From contig CANJXQ010000008.1 of the NCBI GenBank assembly GCA_947478805.1, positions 538 to 64,537 of the forward strand: a stretch of 64,000 bases of DNA, written 5' to 3'. Source of the stretch: Betaproteobacteria bacterium (GTDB lineage Bacteria > Pseudomonadota > Gammaproteobacteria > Burkholderiales > SG8-39). The notes beneath the pieces were generated by a model. It did no database searches. It saw only the letters and a list, made by a program, of their open reading frames with translations, and was not told where the DNA came from. The first letter of the stretch is position 1, and each line of letters opens with the position of its first letter. This document shows positions 42,114 to 51,854 of this stretch, in pieces. The translations under genes were made by a program, and so were the position numbers.

Positions 42114-43706
42114 ATGAGCGAAAAATTCCCCGGCGGTGTTGAGATTCATGGTCGCGTGACCCCCGAGTTTAGGCAGATCCTGAGCGATGATGCGATCAAT
42201 TTCGTGGCCAAGCTTCAGCGCGCGTTCGAGCCGCGCCGCCAGGAGCTGTTGGCACGGCGCGCTGTGCGCCAGAAGGAATTCGATGCCGGCAAGTTGCCCG
42301 ATTTTCTGCCGGAAACAAAGTCGATCCGCGAGTCCGAATGGACGGTGTGCGCCCAGCCCAAGGACCTGCAGGATCGTCGCGTCGAGATCACCGGCCCAAC
42401 GGACCGAAAGATGGTCATCAACGCGCTCAATTCCGGCGCGCTGACTTTCATGTCGGACCTGGAGGATGCCAACTGCCCGAAATGGGACAACGTCATCAAC
42501 GGCCAGATCAACCTGCGCGATGCCATCCGTCGCACCATCTCCCTGGAACAGAACGGCAAGCAGTACAAGTTGAACGACAAGGTTGCGGTGCTGATCCCGC
42601 GCCCGCGTGGCTGGCACATGAACGAGAAGCACGTGCTGGTGGACGGCAAGCAGATGTGCGGCGGCATCTTCGATTTCGGCCTGTACTTTTTCCACAATGC
42701 CAAGGAACTGCTTGCGCGCGGCAGCGGGCCTTACTTCTACCTGCCCAAGATGGAGTCGCACCACGAGGCGCGGCTGTGGAACGACATCTTCACCATGGCG
42801 CAAAAGGAATTGGGCGTTCCGCACGGGACTATCCGCGCGACGGTGCTGATCGAGACCGTGCTGGCTGCATTCGAGATGAATGAAATCCTCTGGGAGCTGA
42901 AGGACCATTCGGCCGGGCTCAATATCGGGCGCTGGGACTACATTTTTTCCTGCATCAAGAAATTCCGAACCAACAAGGACTTCTGCCTGGCGGACCGTGC
43001 GCAGGTGAACATGCTCGCGCCTTTCCTGCGCGCCTACGCGCTGACGCTGGTGAAGACCTGCCATCGCCGCGGCGCGCCGGCCATGGGCGGCATGGCCGCG
43101 CAGATCCCAATCAAGAACGACCCGGTCGCCAATGAAGCCGCGATGGAAAAAGTGCGCGCAGACAAACTTCGCGAAGTAACTGACGGCTGCGACGGGACCT
43201 GGGTCGCGCATCCTGGCCTGGTTCCGATCGCCAAGGAGATTTTCGACAAGCACATGCCCACGCCCAACCAGTACGGTCGGCAGCGGGACGACGTCGATTA
43301 CGCCGCGAAAGACCTGCTCGACTTTCGCCCCGAGGCGCCGATCACCGAGGCGGGCTTGCGCAACAACATCTCCGTGGGCATCCAGTACCTTGGCGCATGG
43401 CTTGCTGGCAATGGCTGCGTGCCGGTGTTCAACCTGATGGAGGACGCCGCAACGGCGGAAATTTCACGCTCGCAGATCTGGCAGTGGATCCGCAGCGAGA
43501 AGGGCAAGCTCGACGACGGGCGCAAGGTCACGGTGGAACTGTTCCGTCAGCTGCTTGCCGAGGAACTTCCCAAGGTGAAGACCTACCTGGGAGAAGAGGG
43601 CTGGAAGGCGGGCAAGTACGAGCAGGGCGCGAAGCTCTTCGACAAGCTCACCACCGGCGACTACATCGAGTTCCTGACCTTGCCGGCCTACGAACTGATC
43701 GACTAG
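42114..43706 (+). CDS. aceB: Malate synthase A
   Basis: [47 protein letters not shown]. Confidence 0.96.
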   Translation: MSEKFPGGVEIHGRVTPEFRQILSDDAINFVAKLQRAFEPRRQELLARRAVRQKEFDAGKLPDFLPETKSIRESEWTVCAQPKDLQDRRVEITGPTDRKMVINALNSGALTFMSDLEDANCPKWDNVINGQINLRDAIRRTISLEQNGKQYKLNDKVAVLIPRPRGWHMNEKHVLVDGKQMCGGIFDFGLYFFHNAKELLARGSGPYFYLPKMESHHEARLWNDIFTMAQKELGVPHGTIRATVLIETVLAAFEMNEILWELKDHSAGLNIGRWDYIFSCIKKFRTNKDFCLADRAQVNMLAPFLRAYALTLVKTCHRRGAPAMGGMAAQIPIKNDPVANEAAMEKVRADKLREVTDGCDGTWVAHPGLVPIAKEIFDKHMPTPNQYGRQRDDVDYAAKDLLDFRPEAPITEAGLRNNISVGIQYLGAWLAGNGCVPVFNLMEDAATAEISRSQIWQWIRSEKGKLDDGRKVTVELFRQLLAEELPKVKTYLGEEGWKAGKYEQGAKLFDKLTTGDYIEFLTLPAYELID

Positions 43707-43888
43707 ACCCGGCCTCAAGAGGCTGCGAATGGCGCCGGGCGGATCCCGGCGTCGTCGTTTCTGCGGCCGCTATTTATTATCATTTTTATGATCGTGTATC
43801 CAATGCTCTTAGATATATCGACCAATTATTATCAGCAATTCATTGCCGCACAGGCTCACACCGGCCGACCGCAGCACCGGCTGGCGGT

Positions 43889-44656
43889 TCAGAGAGCGAT
43901 CTCCGCAAGTACCGGGGCATGGTCCGACGGGCGCTCCAGTTTTCTCGGCGCGATGTCGATCTCGCAGCGCTTGCACGTGGCCGCAAGCGAATGCGACAGG
44001 AGAATATGATCGATGCGTACGCCCATCTTTCGCCTGAAGGCATTCATGCGGTAGTCCCACCAGCTGAACGACCGCGCCTCCTGCGGGAATAGCCGGAAGC
44101 CGTCGCGCAGCCCCAGTCCGATGAGCCGCCCGAACGCCGCCCGTTCGCGCTCGCTGCAAAGCACCTGCCCTTCCCAGGCCTTCGGATCGTGCACGTCCTC
44201 GTCGGCGGGGGCGATGTTGTAGTCGCCGAGCACGGCAAGGTCGGCATGGCGCTTCAATTCATCGGCAAGCCAACGCTCGAACGCCTCCAGCCAGGAGAGT
44301 TTGTAGACGTACTTGTCCGAATCCACGGATTGCCCATTGGGTACGTAGGCGCAGACGATGCGTACGCCGTTTACCGTGACGGCGAGAACACGTTTCTGTT
44401 CATCGACAAACCCGGGGATTCCCGCCTGTATGTCACCCGCCGCATTGCGCGTGAGGATGGCAACCCCGTTATAGGTCTTCTGGCCTGAAAAGACGACCTG
44501 ATAGCCAGCCGCCTGTAATGCGGCAGCCGGGAAATTGGCGTCCTCGGTCTTGGTTTCCTGCAGGCAAACAACATCCGGTTGTCGCTGTCCCAGCCAGTCG
44601 AGCAGATGCGGCAGGCGGACTTTCAGTGAATTGACATTCCAGGTGGCGATGATCAT
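43889..44656 (-). CDS. xth: Exodeoxyribonuclease III
   Basis: ATWNVNS, CLQETK, YNGVAI, YVPNG, GDYNIAP, WWDYR, RIDH, SDHAPV. Confidence 0.95.
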   Translation of the reverse strand: MIIATWNVNSLKVRLPHLLDWLGQRQPDVVCLQETKTEDANFPAAALQAAGYQVVFSGQKTYNGVAILTRNAAGDIQAGIPGFVDEQKRVLAVTVNGVRIVCAYVPNGQSVDSDKYVYKLSWLEAFERWLADELKRHADLAVLGDYNIAPADEDVHDPKAWEGQVLCSERERAAFGRLIGLGLRDGFRLFPQEARSFSWWDYRMNAFRRKMGVRIDHILLSHSLAATCKRCEIDIAPRKLERPSDHAPVLAEIAL

Positions 44657-44737
44657 GTGCTGGGGGGCTCCAGTTCAGGCAGGGCGAGCCCAAGGACCTG
44701 CGGGGTCGCCAAGGGGCTGCCGAAAGTGGCGGCGCAG

Positions 44738-45529
44738 TTAGCGACGCCCGCCGACAAGCCGCGGATAGCCGGCAGCGTTGATGGCGGATTCGTAGCGCGA
44801 TTCGTCGAAGCTGTCCAATGCCGTGGTGCCGATGACCAGCAGCGGCACGGTGCCCGCTTCGGAATACTTGCGGACTTCTGCCTGGCCGGCAGGGTTTTCG
44901 GCCGAGAGTTCCTGATAGGGCACGGCGCGCCCGGCGAGATAGGCCTTGGCGTCCTCGCACGGTTGCCCGCATTGCGGATGGGTGAACAGCCGCACCAAGG
45001 GCAGGCTGTTGGGCCGTGCGGCCTTGGCCGCAGGCTGCGCCGCCTGGGTCGACGTGAATATGGACGACGGATAGCCGACCTCATCCAGGTTGTTCTTCCA
45101 GGCGACGGCATCGTAACCGTACAGGGTGCGCGAGCCGATCTGCAGGACCGGAACCTGGGTCTTGCCGCCGCTCAGGGCCTTCAGCGTCTCGAAGCCCTTG
45201 GGATCGGCGACGGAAACTTCCTTGAACGGAATGCCTCGTTTTTGCAGCGAGGCGCGTCCATCATCGCAAGGCGCACCACAATCGGGAGAGGCGTACATCG
45301 TCACGGGGAAATTGCGTGCAGCAACCTGCGCTGCATAGGGGAGCGTCGGGGAGTCGCTGGAGCCGCTGTCAAGGCGCTTCGGTTGCACGCTTTTCGCTGC
45401 GCCTGCGGGCGGCGGGCTCTGGGAATAGGTAACGCGTCCGTCCTTGTCCACCCAGCGGTACATCTGCTGGGCCTGGGCACAAGTCGCGAGAAGGAACAGG
45501 GCGGCAAAGCCGAAAAATACGCTGCGCAT
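44738..45529 (-). CDS. Exported DUF4124 + two glutaredoxin-like domains
   Basis: Signal peptide, QMYRWVDKDG.V.YS, CGAPCD...VPVL and CGQPCE...VPLL, each ending GYP. Confidence 0.8.
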   Translation of the reverse strand: MRSVFFGFAALFLLATCAQAQQMYRWVDKDGRVTYSQSPPPAGAAKSVQPKRLDSGSSDSPTLPYAAQVAARNFPVTMYASPDCGAPCDDGRASLQKRGIPFKEVSVADPKGFETLKALSGGKTQVPVLQIGSRTLYGYDAVAWKNNLDEVGYPSSIFTSTQAAQPAAKAARPNSLPLVRLFTHPQCGQPCEDAKAYLAGRAVPYQELSAENPAGQAEVRKYSEAGTVPLLVIGTTALDSFDESRYESAINAAGYPRLVGGRR

Positions 45530-45595
45530 GTCGGAGCCCGCTCTCATTGCCGAAGAATTCCGCGCCGTAATTTGCAAGGTGTTTTGCACTGTCGA

Positions 45596-47686
45596 CTACG
45601 CGGCGATCATACCATTGTGACGCAGCAGGGCCTCCGGGCTGGGTGCGCGGCCGCGAAACGCTCGGAAGCTGTCGATCGAGGCGCGGCTTCCGCCAACGGC
45701 GAGTATCTCGTCGCGAAAGCGGGCACCGACCTCTGGATTCAGGACGTCGCCGTTGGCAGCATTGGCCGCCCTCGGCGCGGCGTCCCTCGCCTCCTCGAAC
45801 GCGCTGTAGGCATCGGCTGACAGCACTTCCGCCCACTTGTAGCTGTAGTAGCCCGCGCTGTATCCGCCGCCGAAAATGTGCGAGAAGTTGTTTGGAAAGC
45901 GCGTCCACGAAGGGGGGGTGACTACGGCGGTGCGCTGGCGGATCTCGTCGAGCAGTTGCAAGGGCGTCTTCGGTCCATCCGGGTCGAAGTCGTGGTACAG
46001 GTGCATGTCGAAGAGGGAGAACTCCAGTTGGCGCGCCATCTGCATGCCGGACTGGAAGTTTCGTGCCGCGATCATCTTGTCGAACAATGCGCGGGGCAGC
46101 GGCGATCCGGTGTCAACATGCGAGGTCATGCGCGCGAGCACTTCCCATTCCCAGCAGAAATTCTCCATGAACTGGCTGGGCAACTCCACCGCATCCCATT
46201 CCACGCCGCGGATGCCGGATGCGCCGGCATAGTCGATGCGGCTCAGCAAGTGATGCAGGCCGTGGCCGAATTCGTGGAACAGCGTGATGACTTCGTCATG
46301 GGTGAACAAGGCCGGCCGCTTCTTGCCATTGGACTCGCCCACGGGCGACGAAAAGTTGCAGATCAGGTAGGCCACCGGTGTCTGCAATCCGGTGCCCGTG
46401 CGTCGACGGCACAAGGCTTCATCCATCCACGCCCCGCCACGCTTGGTCTCGCGGGCATACATATCGAGGTAAAACTGTCCCAGCGTGCTCCCGTCGGAGG
46501 ATATCAATCGGAAGAAACGTACACTCGGATCCCAGCTTTCTGCTGCATCCGGGACGATGCGAATGTCGAAGATCCGGTCGACGACCCGGAACATGCCCTC
46601 GAGTACCTTGTCCTCCGGAAAGTACTGTTTTACCTCCTGGTCGGAAAAGTCGTAGCGCTTGGCCCGTAACTTCTCGGAGGCGTAGGCGATGTCCCAGGCC
46701 TGCAGGTCCTGGATGCCGAGTTCCGCCGTCGCGAATTGCTTGAGTTCGGCGTAATCGCGCCTCGCGAACGGCATGGCCTTGTCGGCGAGATCTTCCAGAA
46801 AGCCGAGCACCTCTTCCGGAGATTTTGCCATCTTGGGTATCAGTGAAACGACCGCGTGACTAGGATAGCCCAGCAACCGGGCGGCTTCGCGGCGCAGTTT
46901 GAGTATCTCGGCGATGAGCGGCGTGTTGTCTCGACTCGGGTCGCCAAATTCGCTGGCACGCGTCTGGTGGGCGTAGTAAATCTTCTGCCGCAGGTCACGG
47001 TTGTCGGCATATTGCAGCAACGGAATGACGCAAGGTGCGCGCAGGGTCAGCTCCCATCCCGAGCGCCCCTTGGCCTGCGCTGCCTCGCGGGCCGCCAGTC
47101 GCACATCCTCCGGCACCCCGGACAGGTTTGACTCATCTTCGATGAGCATGGAAAACGCGTTGGTGGCGTCGAGCACGTTTTCCGAGAATTTCGTCGTCAA
47201 TTTGGCCAGCGCTTCCATGATGGCGGCAAAGCGCTGCTTCTGTTGTTCGGGCAATTCGGCGCCAGACAGCCGGAAGTCGCGGATCTCGTTATCGATGATC
47301 CGTTGTTGGGTGGCAGAAAGCCGGGAGAATTCAGGGGAGGCGGCGAGTGCCTTGTACTTGTCGAACAGGGAGAGGTTCTGGCCGATCTCGGTGTAGTACT
47401 GCACGATCTTCGGCTGGTTCGCGTTGTAGGCCTCGCGCAGTTCCGGCGAGTCGAGCACGCCGTGCAGGTGTCCCACCGCGCCCCAGGCACGGGACAGCCT
47501 GTCGGACGCATCATCCAGCGGCGCGACAAACGCCTCCCAGGTGGCGGGCACGGATGCGGTGGTCTGGCGTGCAATGAGCGCGCGGTTTTCCGCGAGAAGG
47601 GTGTCGACCGCCGGGGCAATGTGTTCCGGCCGGATCGCGCCAAAGCGGGGCAAGCCGCGAAAGTCGAGCAGTGGGTTGTCAGTCAT
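45596..47686 (-). CDS. prlC: Oligopeptidase A (M3 family)
   Basis: NPLL, KRGGAWMD, FHEFGHGLHH, WDAVELPSQ, FSHIF.GGYSAGYYSYKWAEVL. Confidence 0.95.
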   Translation of the reverse strand: MTDNPLLDFRGLPRFGAIRPEHIAPAVDTLLAENRALIARQTTASVPATWEAFVAPLDDASDRLSRAWGAVGHLHGVLDSPELREAYNANQPKIVQYYTEIGQNLSLFDKYKALAASPEFSRLSATQQRIIDNEIRDFRLSGAELPEQQKQRFAAIMEALAKLTTKFSENVLDATNAFSMLIEDESNLSGVPEDVRLAAREAAQAKGRSGWELTLRAPCVIPLLQYADNRDLRQKIYYAHQTRASEFGDPSRDNTPLIAEILKLRREAARLLGYPSHAVVSLIPKMAKSPEEVLGFLEDLADKAMPFARRDYAELKQFATAELGIQDLQAWDIAYASEKLRAKRYDFSDQEVKQYFPEDKVLEGMFRVVDRIFDIRIVPDAAESWDPSVRFFRLISSDGSTLGQFYLDMYARETKRGGAWMDEALCRRRTGTGLQTPVAYLICNFSSPVGESNGKKRPALFTHDEVITLFHEFGHGLHHLLSRIDYAGASGIRGVEWDAVELPSQFMENFCWEWEVLARMTSHVDTGSPLPRALFDKMIAARNFQSGMQMARQLEFSLFDMHLYHDFDPDGPKTPLQLLDEIRQRTAVVTPPSWTRFPNNFSHIFGGGYSAGYYSYKWAEVLSADAYSAFEEARDAAPRAANAANGDVLNPEVGARFRDEILAVGGSRASIDSFRAFRGRAPSPEALLRHNGMIAA

Positions 47687-47803
47687 GTGCATGGATTTCG
47701 AAGGGTTGGGGGTTTGGAACCAGCGGTAATCAGACGATACAACAGGAGGACAATTGGACCTGCCAGGCTGATTTTCAAGCCTGCCTCGGGGCACCCATGG
47801 AAA

Positions 47804-49087
47804 TTACATCAGGCTTGGCAGCCAGAGGGTGATCTGCGGGAATGCCGTGAGAATGGCAATGACAACGAGGTGGGCGAGAAAGTGAGGCATGGAGCCGCGA
47901 AAAATCGTCTCCACCGGAACTTTTGAATAGCGTGCGACCACAAAGCAGTTCATGCCGATGGGCGGGGTGATCAGCCCGACTTCAGCCGTGACGATCTTGA
48001 TGATGCCGAACCATATCGGGTCAAATCCCAGCGATTTGATGATGGGAAGAACTACTGGTACGGTGAGGAACAGGATGGCCATCTGGTCCATGAAGCATCC
48101 GAGGACCAGGTAGCCGCACAGCAGGATGGCGATGATCACCCATCGATTGACGTCCAGGTGGCCGACCCACTGCACCAGGTCCTGGGTAAAGTGCGTCAAG
48201 GCGAAAAAATAGCCGAAAATCGATGCGCCGACGATGATCATCATGATCATGCATGTGCCATGCGTGGCCCTGATCAAGCACTGCATCAGCGCCTTGATGG
48301 TCAGTTTCCTGCGCTGCAGGGCGACAATGAGCCCGCCGATGGCGCCGACCGCCGCCGACTCAGTCACCGTGGCAATGCCGGCATAGATGGCGGCAGTAAT
48401 TCCCACCATCAGCATCAGCAGCGGGCCGGTGGTGAGGAGCAACTTGAATTTCTCCCGCCATGGTGTGATGTGGGACACGGGGACTCTGGACGGGTCGAGC
48501 AACACGAGGATGTAGATGGTCAGGATGATGGTGATGGTCACCAGCACTGCAGGGATGATGCCCGCCATCAGGAGCTTCCCGATGCTGACTTCCGCGATCA
48601 GCCCGTAGATGATCAGGGCGACCGAATGGGGCATCAGAATCGCCAGGGTGCCCGAGATTGCGACGATTCCGCCCGCCATCGCCGGTTCGTACCCCTGCCG
48701 GGTCATCGCTGGCAGTGTGGTTGCAGACAGCGTCGCCGCTGTCGCCGTGCTGGTGCCGCAAATGCTCCCGAAGATGGCGCCGGAGACCGCCGTTGCCATC
48801 CCCAGCCCGCCGCGGACTCTGCCTACCCAAGCCGCGGCAGCCCTGAACAAGTCATCTACAACACCGCTCAAAAGCACAAATTCGGCCATGAGCAGGAACA
48901 TCGGGATCGTCAGCAAGTCGTAGACGCTGATCCCGGACAGTGGCGCCGTAGACAAGATACCCCGCACCATGTCCCAGCCGCCAAATTGGTACAGGCCGAT
49001 GGTGCCGGCGAGGCCCATTGAAAATCCGACGGGGACTGCAATGGCGAGCAGGCCGAAAAGTAGAAGGAGTATTCCCAGCGGGTTCAT
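47804..49087 (-). CDS. TRAP transporter large permease (DctM)
   Basis: TIPMFLLM, GSICGTS.AT, GTLAILMP.S, FDPIWFG, ITPPIG.N. Confidence 0.92.
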   Translation of the reverse strand: MNPLGILLLLFGLLAIAVPVGFSMGLAGTIGLYQFGGWDMVRGILSTAPLSGISVYDLLTIPMFLLMAEFVLLSGVVDDLFRAAAAWVGRVRGGLGMATAVSGAIFGSICGTSTATAATLSATTLPAMTRQGYEPAMAGGIVAISGTLAILMPHSVALIIYGLIAEVSIGKLLMAGIIPAVLVTITIILTIYILVLLDPSRVPVSHITPWREKFKLLLTTGPLLMLMVGITAAIYAGIATVTESAAVGAIGGLIVALQRRKLTIKALMQCLIRATHGTCMIMMIIVGASIFGYFFALTHFTQDLVQWVGHLDVNRWVIIAILLCGYLVLGCFMDQMAILFLTVPVVLPIIKSLGFDPIWFGIIKIVTAEVGLITPPIGMNCFVVARYSKVPVETIFRGSMPHFLAHLVVIAILTAFPQITLWLPSLM

Positions 49088-49644
49088 TCGTAAAACCCTT
49101 TTTCCTTCTGCGGATCGGTCGTGCCATGAGCGGCGCTGCTCCCGCGCGCGATCGCGATGATGTCCGCGGGCAGTTCGCTCAGCATGCGCAACAATACAAG
49201 CGCGCAGCCCAGGGGGACAAGCGCATAGGACGGCCAGACCAGGAAAGTCACCACGCCGGGCACGGATTCGTCGGAACGATATGCCTCCAGCGCATGCTCT
49301 ACGCCGAAATACACGATGCAGGCAAAAAGGAACATTCCGCCAAGCCGCCCGACCATGACAATGACCGAGACCGCGCTGGCGGGCAGCCGGTCGATCAGCA
49401 GGTCAACCGCGATGTGGGAATTCTTCGCGTACGAACCGGGAAGTCCCAGAAAAAACAGCGAGGGGAGTACATACAGCGTCAGCACGTCGTATGACCACTG
49501 CAGCGGGGCATTCAGGAAATAACGTGAAACCACTTCCCCGCCGACAATTGCCATGGTCGAGAGCATGGCAATTGCCGCGAGCAGGTCGGTCAGGGACTCG
49601 ACGTGAGATAAGGCAGCGTCAATCCTCTGGAGGAACGTCTTCAA
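49084..49644 (-). CDS. TRAP transporter small permease (DctQ)
   Basis: VVSRYFLNAPLQW, HIAVDLL; four TM segments; TTG start. Confidence 0.88.
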   Translation of the reverse strand: MKTFLQRIDAALSHVESLTDLLAAIAMLSTMAIVGGEVVSRYFLNAPLQWSYDVLTLYVLPSLFFLGLPGSYAKNSHIAVDLLIDRLPASAVSVIVMVGRLGGMFLFACIVYFGVEHALEAYRSDESVPGVVTFLVWPSYALVPLGCALVLLRMLSELPADIIAIARGSSAAHGTTDPQKEKGFYE

Positions 49645-49659
49645 ACTGGACTGCGGAGA

Positions 49660-50697
49660 CTAGCTTCTCGGCAGCGCGGCGCGATAGGCTTTCAACGTGG
49701 CGGTGCCGGGGCGGCCGCGCTTGTCGAGATCCTTGGCCCACTCGTCGGCAACCGCGTCGGTGGTTTTGCGGAATTCTGCCAGCGCGGGCGCAGGGAATTT
49801 GGTCAACTTCACTCCCGAGCTGTGCAGGCGCTCGATGGACTTGCTGTAGGTGCCATCGAGATAGGCGCACATGCGGAATGACGTCCGGTCGGAAATTCGC
49901 TCGATAATTTCGCGATTTTCCTTACTGAGGGAGTTCCATGCTTGGTTGTTCATGACGAAAACAACGACCTGGCCGCCGAAATTCAGATTCTCCGTTCCAA
50001 ACTTGGTCATGTTTTGCATGTCATAGGCAAACACGCTGTCCAAGGCAAAGGTCATGCCGTCACTTGTCTTGCGCTGGAACGCTTCATAGGCCTGTGGGCC
50101 GGAAACCAGGCGAATCGGTGCCGAGCCGAGCTTGGTCAGCAGAATTTCCCCCGCTCGCGTTGGCGACAGCATCTTCTGCCCCTTGAAATCGGCCAGCGTG
50201 TTCAGTGCCTGCGTATGAGTGAATGCCTGGAATGGCGGCAGCACCATCGGGTAGATGAGGCGCACGCCATTTTTTTCGAAGTCAGCGGTTGCGCCCGTGC
50301 CGGACTTGAACACCTTCATGTAGGCCGTCGTGCCGTCGCAGGCCTTCTCAAAAATATTGGGCATTTGCGCGACGTCCGACAGTTCCATCTTGTCGCCGGC
50401 GAAGGAAACGCCGGTAAACGCACCCTGCGCTACGTTGGTCTGGGCAAGTCGCAGCATGTCCTGGGCCTTGCCCAGCTGTTGTGCGGGAAAGTGCTGGAAT
50501 TTGACCATGCCTTTCGTCTCCGACGTCACCTGGGCCATCCAAGGGTCCAGTCCGACTTCGACAAGATAGTGGCTCGATGGCAGGTAACTCGCAATGCGCA
50601 GTGTGACTGGCGAGGTTTGCGCCTGGGCTACAGATGTGGCGCCAAAAATGGCTGCGAGGGCGCTGGCCAAAGCGGCTTTTGCAAACGATTGTTTCAT
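49660..50697 (-). CDS. TRAP transporter substrate-binding protein (DctP)
   Basis: Signal peptide, LRIASY, FPAQQLG, YEAFQ...DG, MN..AWNSLS. Confidence 0.88.
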   Translation of the reverse strand: MKQSFAKAALASALAAIFGATSVAQAQTSPVTLRIASYLPSSHYLVEVGLDPWMAQVTSETKGMVKFQHFPAQQLGKAQDMLRLAQTNVAQGAFTGVSFAGDKMELSDVAQMPNIFEKACDGTTAYMKVFKSGTGATADFEKNGVRLIYPMVLPPFQAFTHTQALNTLADFKGQKMLSPTRAGEILLTKLGSAPIRLVSGPQAYEAFQRKTSDGMTFALDSVFAYDMQNMTKFGTENLNFGGQVVVFVMNNQAWNSLSKENREIIERISDRTSFRMCAYLDGTYSKSIERLHSSGVKLTKFPAPALAEFRKTTDAVADEWAKDLDKRGRPGTATLKAYRAALPRS

Positions 50698-50792
50698 GGG
50701 GATTCCTCCAATGGAAATGCGAGCAAATACAGTGAAATCAAGGTCGATCAGAGTATCGCACCCTTCGTCTATGGGCGCAAAGGAATGGGCTG

Positions 50793-51629
50793 CTAGGTTC
50801 GAGGGCCGCGGTCCCGCAGGCGCTCCACATCCGCACCCCATTGCGGTGTGGCGGCGATGAATCCACCGTCGACGGGGAGCGTCACGCCACTGACCCAGCG
50901 CGCCTCCTCGCTGGCAAGAAACAGTGCCGCCCAGGCGATGTCCCAGGCTGTTCCCTCCGTGCCGAGCGGTGGCAGGTTGGCACGGTCCCAGCGGACCTGA
51001 TCGCTCATGCCGAACAGGCCCACGGCGATAGGTGTGTACAGTGTTCCGGGGCAGATGCAATTGACCCTGATCCGGCTGCGTCCCAGTTCCACGGCCCACA
51101 GCGACGTCAGCGCCACGACGCCGCCCTTGGACGCGGTATAGGCGGTTTGCCTGCCGGTGGCGCGCAACGCCGAGATGGACCCGATATTGGTGATCGATCC
51201 TCCCCCGGCGGCCGCGATTCGCGGCGCCGCGTGCTTCGTCATCAGCACGACGGATTTGAGATTGACGTCGATGAGCCGGTCAAGGTCGCTTTCCTCCACG
51301 TCGACGACCTCGGCGCTACTGGTCACGGCGACATTGTTCACCAGCGTGTCGAGCCTTCCATAGCGCGACTCCGCGGCCTTTACCGCGGCGAGGCACTGCT
51401 CCCCGGAAGAAACATCGCCAATGAACACCGATGCGTCGCCACCCTCATTGCGGATGATCTGCAGCGTTTCATCGGCAGCCGATTCGCTGCGATCGACGAG
51501 CAGCACCTTCGCGCCTTCGCGGGCGAGCAAGATGGATATTGCCTTTCCGGTGCCGACGCCGGGTCCGCTCGACCCTGCGCCGGTGACGATGGCGACCTTG
51601 GAATGCATGCGTGATGACGCGTTTTTCAC
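50793..51629 (-). CDS. SDR family NAD(P)-dependent oxidoreductase
   Basis: KVAIVTGAGS.G.G.G, LVNN, NIGS, YTASKGG, RVNCICPG, VDGG. GTG start after GGAG. Confidence 0.9.
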   Translation of the reverse strand: MKNASSRMHSKVAIVTGAGSSGPGVGTGKAISILLAREGAKVLLVDRSESAADETLQIIRNEGGDASVFIGDVSSGEQCLAAVKAAESRYGRLDTLVNNVAVTSSAEVVDVEESDLDRLIDVNLKSVVLMTKHAAPRIAAAGGGSITNIGSISALRATGRQTAYTASKGGVVALTSLWAVELGRSRIRVNCICPGTLYTPIAVGLFGMSDQVRWDRANLPPLGTEGTAWDIAWAALFLASEEARWVSGVTLPVDGGFIAATPQWGADVERLRDRGPRT

Positions 51630-51854
51630 CGTTTTCTCCGGTTGGGCAGTGGGGGCACAGATGCTGTGCCGAGAGTATGACTTCGATTGGAAGGGCGCGA
51701 AAGCGCAGGGCCCTTTCATTCAAACCTCACGCCGTATTCGCCGGTGAGACTCCGCTACAATGTCGCGAAGTGCGGTCGGGTCAGTGAGCACGCCCTTGTC
51801 CCCAACGGCCCGAGTCGCCCGCTCAGAATGTGTTTGCAGACGCTGGAGGTCACC

